NCBI GenBank assembly: GCA_024679065.1
Contig: JAGIQG010000004.1
Span: 107,446,001 to 107,510,000, forward strand
Direction of reading: 5' to 3'
Source: Sphyrna mokarran
Lineage: Eukaryota
DNA length: 64,000 nt
Part shown: positions 61,706 through 64,000 of the stretch, piece after piece
How positions within the stretch are numbered: position 1 is the first letter of the stretch
Layout: the number at the start of each line of letters is the position of its first letter
Position numbers and translations under genes: made by a program
The notes under the pieces: generated by a model
The model's database searches: none
What the model saw: the letters and a program-made list of their open reading frames with translations, nothing else
Told to the model about the DNA's origin: nothing

Positions 61706-63630
61706 TTACATGTTAATGTCACTAGCAAACCTGTGTAAATTCTTCATGCCCACAAACTCCTCACTCTGTTAGGCTCAGCTGTATCTCATCTAACATTTCT
61801 CAATCTGAATTCCCCAAAGCACATTGCAAGTTCAATCTTCTGTAGTGCTCTGGCCCTCATAAAACTGCTTAGAATTCCCCACAGATATGACATCAGTGTG
61901 CTGCTGGGTTTGAATTCCAGTGCAGAAGTTCTAGGAATTATTGTGCAATTGAGTTCCATTTCATCACTATTCCCTCCATGAAACAACTTTCTTGGGTTTA
62001 TACCTTGTAATTACCAATATTACCAAATGTCTGTCTCCCGAGCCAAACCAATTGTGGTCACAAAATTTCCTAGCATTACAATAGTTTTCATGTTCTTAGA
62101 CTAAAATGGTTAATTGCATTACTAAATGCAAATGAATTATTTCAAAATGTTCCAACAAAAAAAAGGGTGCAGTCTGGATATTGAGAGATATGCAGCAGTG
62201 GGTAAACAGTGAAAGGGAAGCTTATGGCAGACAGCGACTCATTTTCATCATCACTGTGTGTTTGGTTTCATGTTTGTAATAGGTATGGTGTGGGGCACTG
62301 AAATACATTACACACCATTGTTAAAAAGACAGGGTAGGAAGAAATTAGTTTAGGCCCATTTTCTGTTAAAAATTGATCAGCACATACTGGAAGTCCCAGA
62401 TGAAGGCCAGAATTCTCACCCTGCTCACTACTGGAATTTTAGGGGACGGGTTGCGGAGAGTGTGAAACACCATTGACGGTTGGGCAGGAATTCTTGGCTT
62501 TTAGACCAGAACTGGGGAATTCCACCTGTTGTGTTTAATGGTTTGCTAGGTCTCTTTCTGATTATGTCAGTCTGGTAACTGATTCTTAACTTAATCACTT
62601 GAACCTGTAAGTGGACATAGAAAGCAAATAAAACCGAAAAGTTTCTGGAGAGGAGAGACCTAGATTCTGAATGATATGTGTGTACAAATCCTGTAAGTTC
62701 TGAGGTATTTTACGATAATGTAAATAAACTATTTCAATTTAGAATTAGTGTCATTCCTGCATTTTTCTTCCATCTAACCTATAAGGCACATATGGCAAGT
62801 GCAAAAATTAGCACCAAGTATCGTTGAAAAAAGTTTAACTTCACTGGCTCCAGAACCATTTCATTAATTGCTCAGAAATTCCCAATGTCTTAGGAAGAAT
62901 AGACTAAATTCAGTCAGTCAAGTGTTGAGTAGATGCATAACCAACTTGGTAACATTACTGCCCAGAGCAGAAACAAAACAGGACATAAACAGCAATTATC
63001 AGCAGTGCTCACTTAATGCGCAAAACAGAAATGAAGATCAACAAGGATTAATGCACATTTCCAGAACCCTTTTAGGATGCAGAATAATAGCAGCTGAAGT
63101 AACATCTATTCACAAAATGCCAACGTAGCTTCATTCAACACATTCTAACATAAAAGAGTTGGTATTGTTTCTCCATGCTACCAAGGTTTATCACAAATTC
63201 ATTCTTAAGTACATAGAAATTGCACATCAGAAGGTACTGCACAAAGATAAATGATGAGAATTATCAATCACACAGCAAGCAATGTTTGAAACACTAAAGA
63301 TGAAGATAACATTTCCTCCAGTCCTTGCACATTTCAGCCCACATACTGAAACATATGTCACATGCATCAGGAACTGCAGTTGGAGCTGTAATCACATTAT
63401 TTTGAAGGAAGAGAATGACTAATCACTTATGCATCATGGTCAGAAACAGAAGAAAATACTCTCATGGCAAGTGGAGAGTATTAGCTTGCATCTATGTGGA
63501 CATTAGCACATGTATCTCTATGAAAGAAAGTTCTCTGCACTAATCTGCAATGGGCCCAGCATTGATTCTTGTGTGCCTCAGAGCCCAGTGTGGTTTGTTG
63601 CCTGTATCAACAATTTGGATGAGAATGTAT

Positions 63631-63912
63631 AAGTTTATTTATTATCGTCACAAGTGGACTTACACAGCAATGAAGTTACTGTGAAAATCCCCTTGTCACC
63701 ACATTCTGGCACCTCTTCAGGTACACTGACACAGAATTTAGCATGGCCAATGTACCTAACCAGTACCTCTTTTGAACTGTGGAAGAAAACAGGAGCACCC
63801 AGAGGAAACCCATGCAGATACAGGGAAAACGTGCAGACTCCACGCAGAAAGTGACCCAAGCCAGGAATCAAATCCAGATCCCTGGCGCTGTGAGGCAGCA
63901 TTACTAACCACA
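63631..63912 (-). mobile_element. HE1-head SINE, tail B
   Basis: Inverted head, V core, tail B. Confidence 0.9.
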
Positions 63913-64000
63913 ATCAGTAAGTTTGCAGATAATATGATGACACTAAAATAGGTGGTACTGTCGACAGTGAGGAAGGTTATCAAAAATAACAGCATGATCT

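Overview
Eukaryotic, gene-poor, repeat-dominated window from a cartilaginous fish. The many tRNA-derived V-SINEs resembling the shark HE1 family, with CR1/HER1-type tails, point to a shark; Carcharhiniformes such as Mustelus is an inference. No intact host protein-coding gene is recognisable; ORFs in the track are transposon fragments or chance frames. Contents: about 15 HE1-like SINEs with two alternative 3' tails, older Deu-type SINEs, many CR1 LINE pieces (one young copy and one near-full-length copy with an internal tandem duplication and a templated inversion), Rex1/Babar LINEs, Penelope-like elements with minimal hammerhead ribozyme motifs, several decayed LTR elements (Gypsy, a tRNA-iMet-primed Copia/GalEa-like relic, a solo LTR, an unassigned retropepsin relic), and PIF/Harbinger-type MITEs. 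Unique islands between repeats look like conserved non-coding enhancers. They include a triple steroid-response-element cluster and one well-signalled 69-nt candidate exon on the minus strand. All family assignments come from motif recognition by eye, not database searches.
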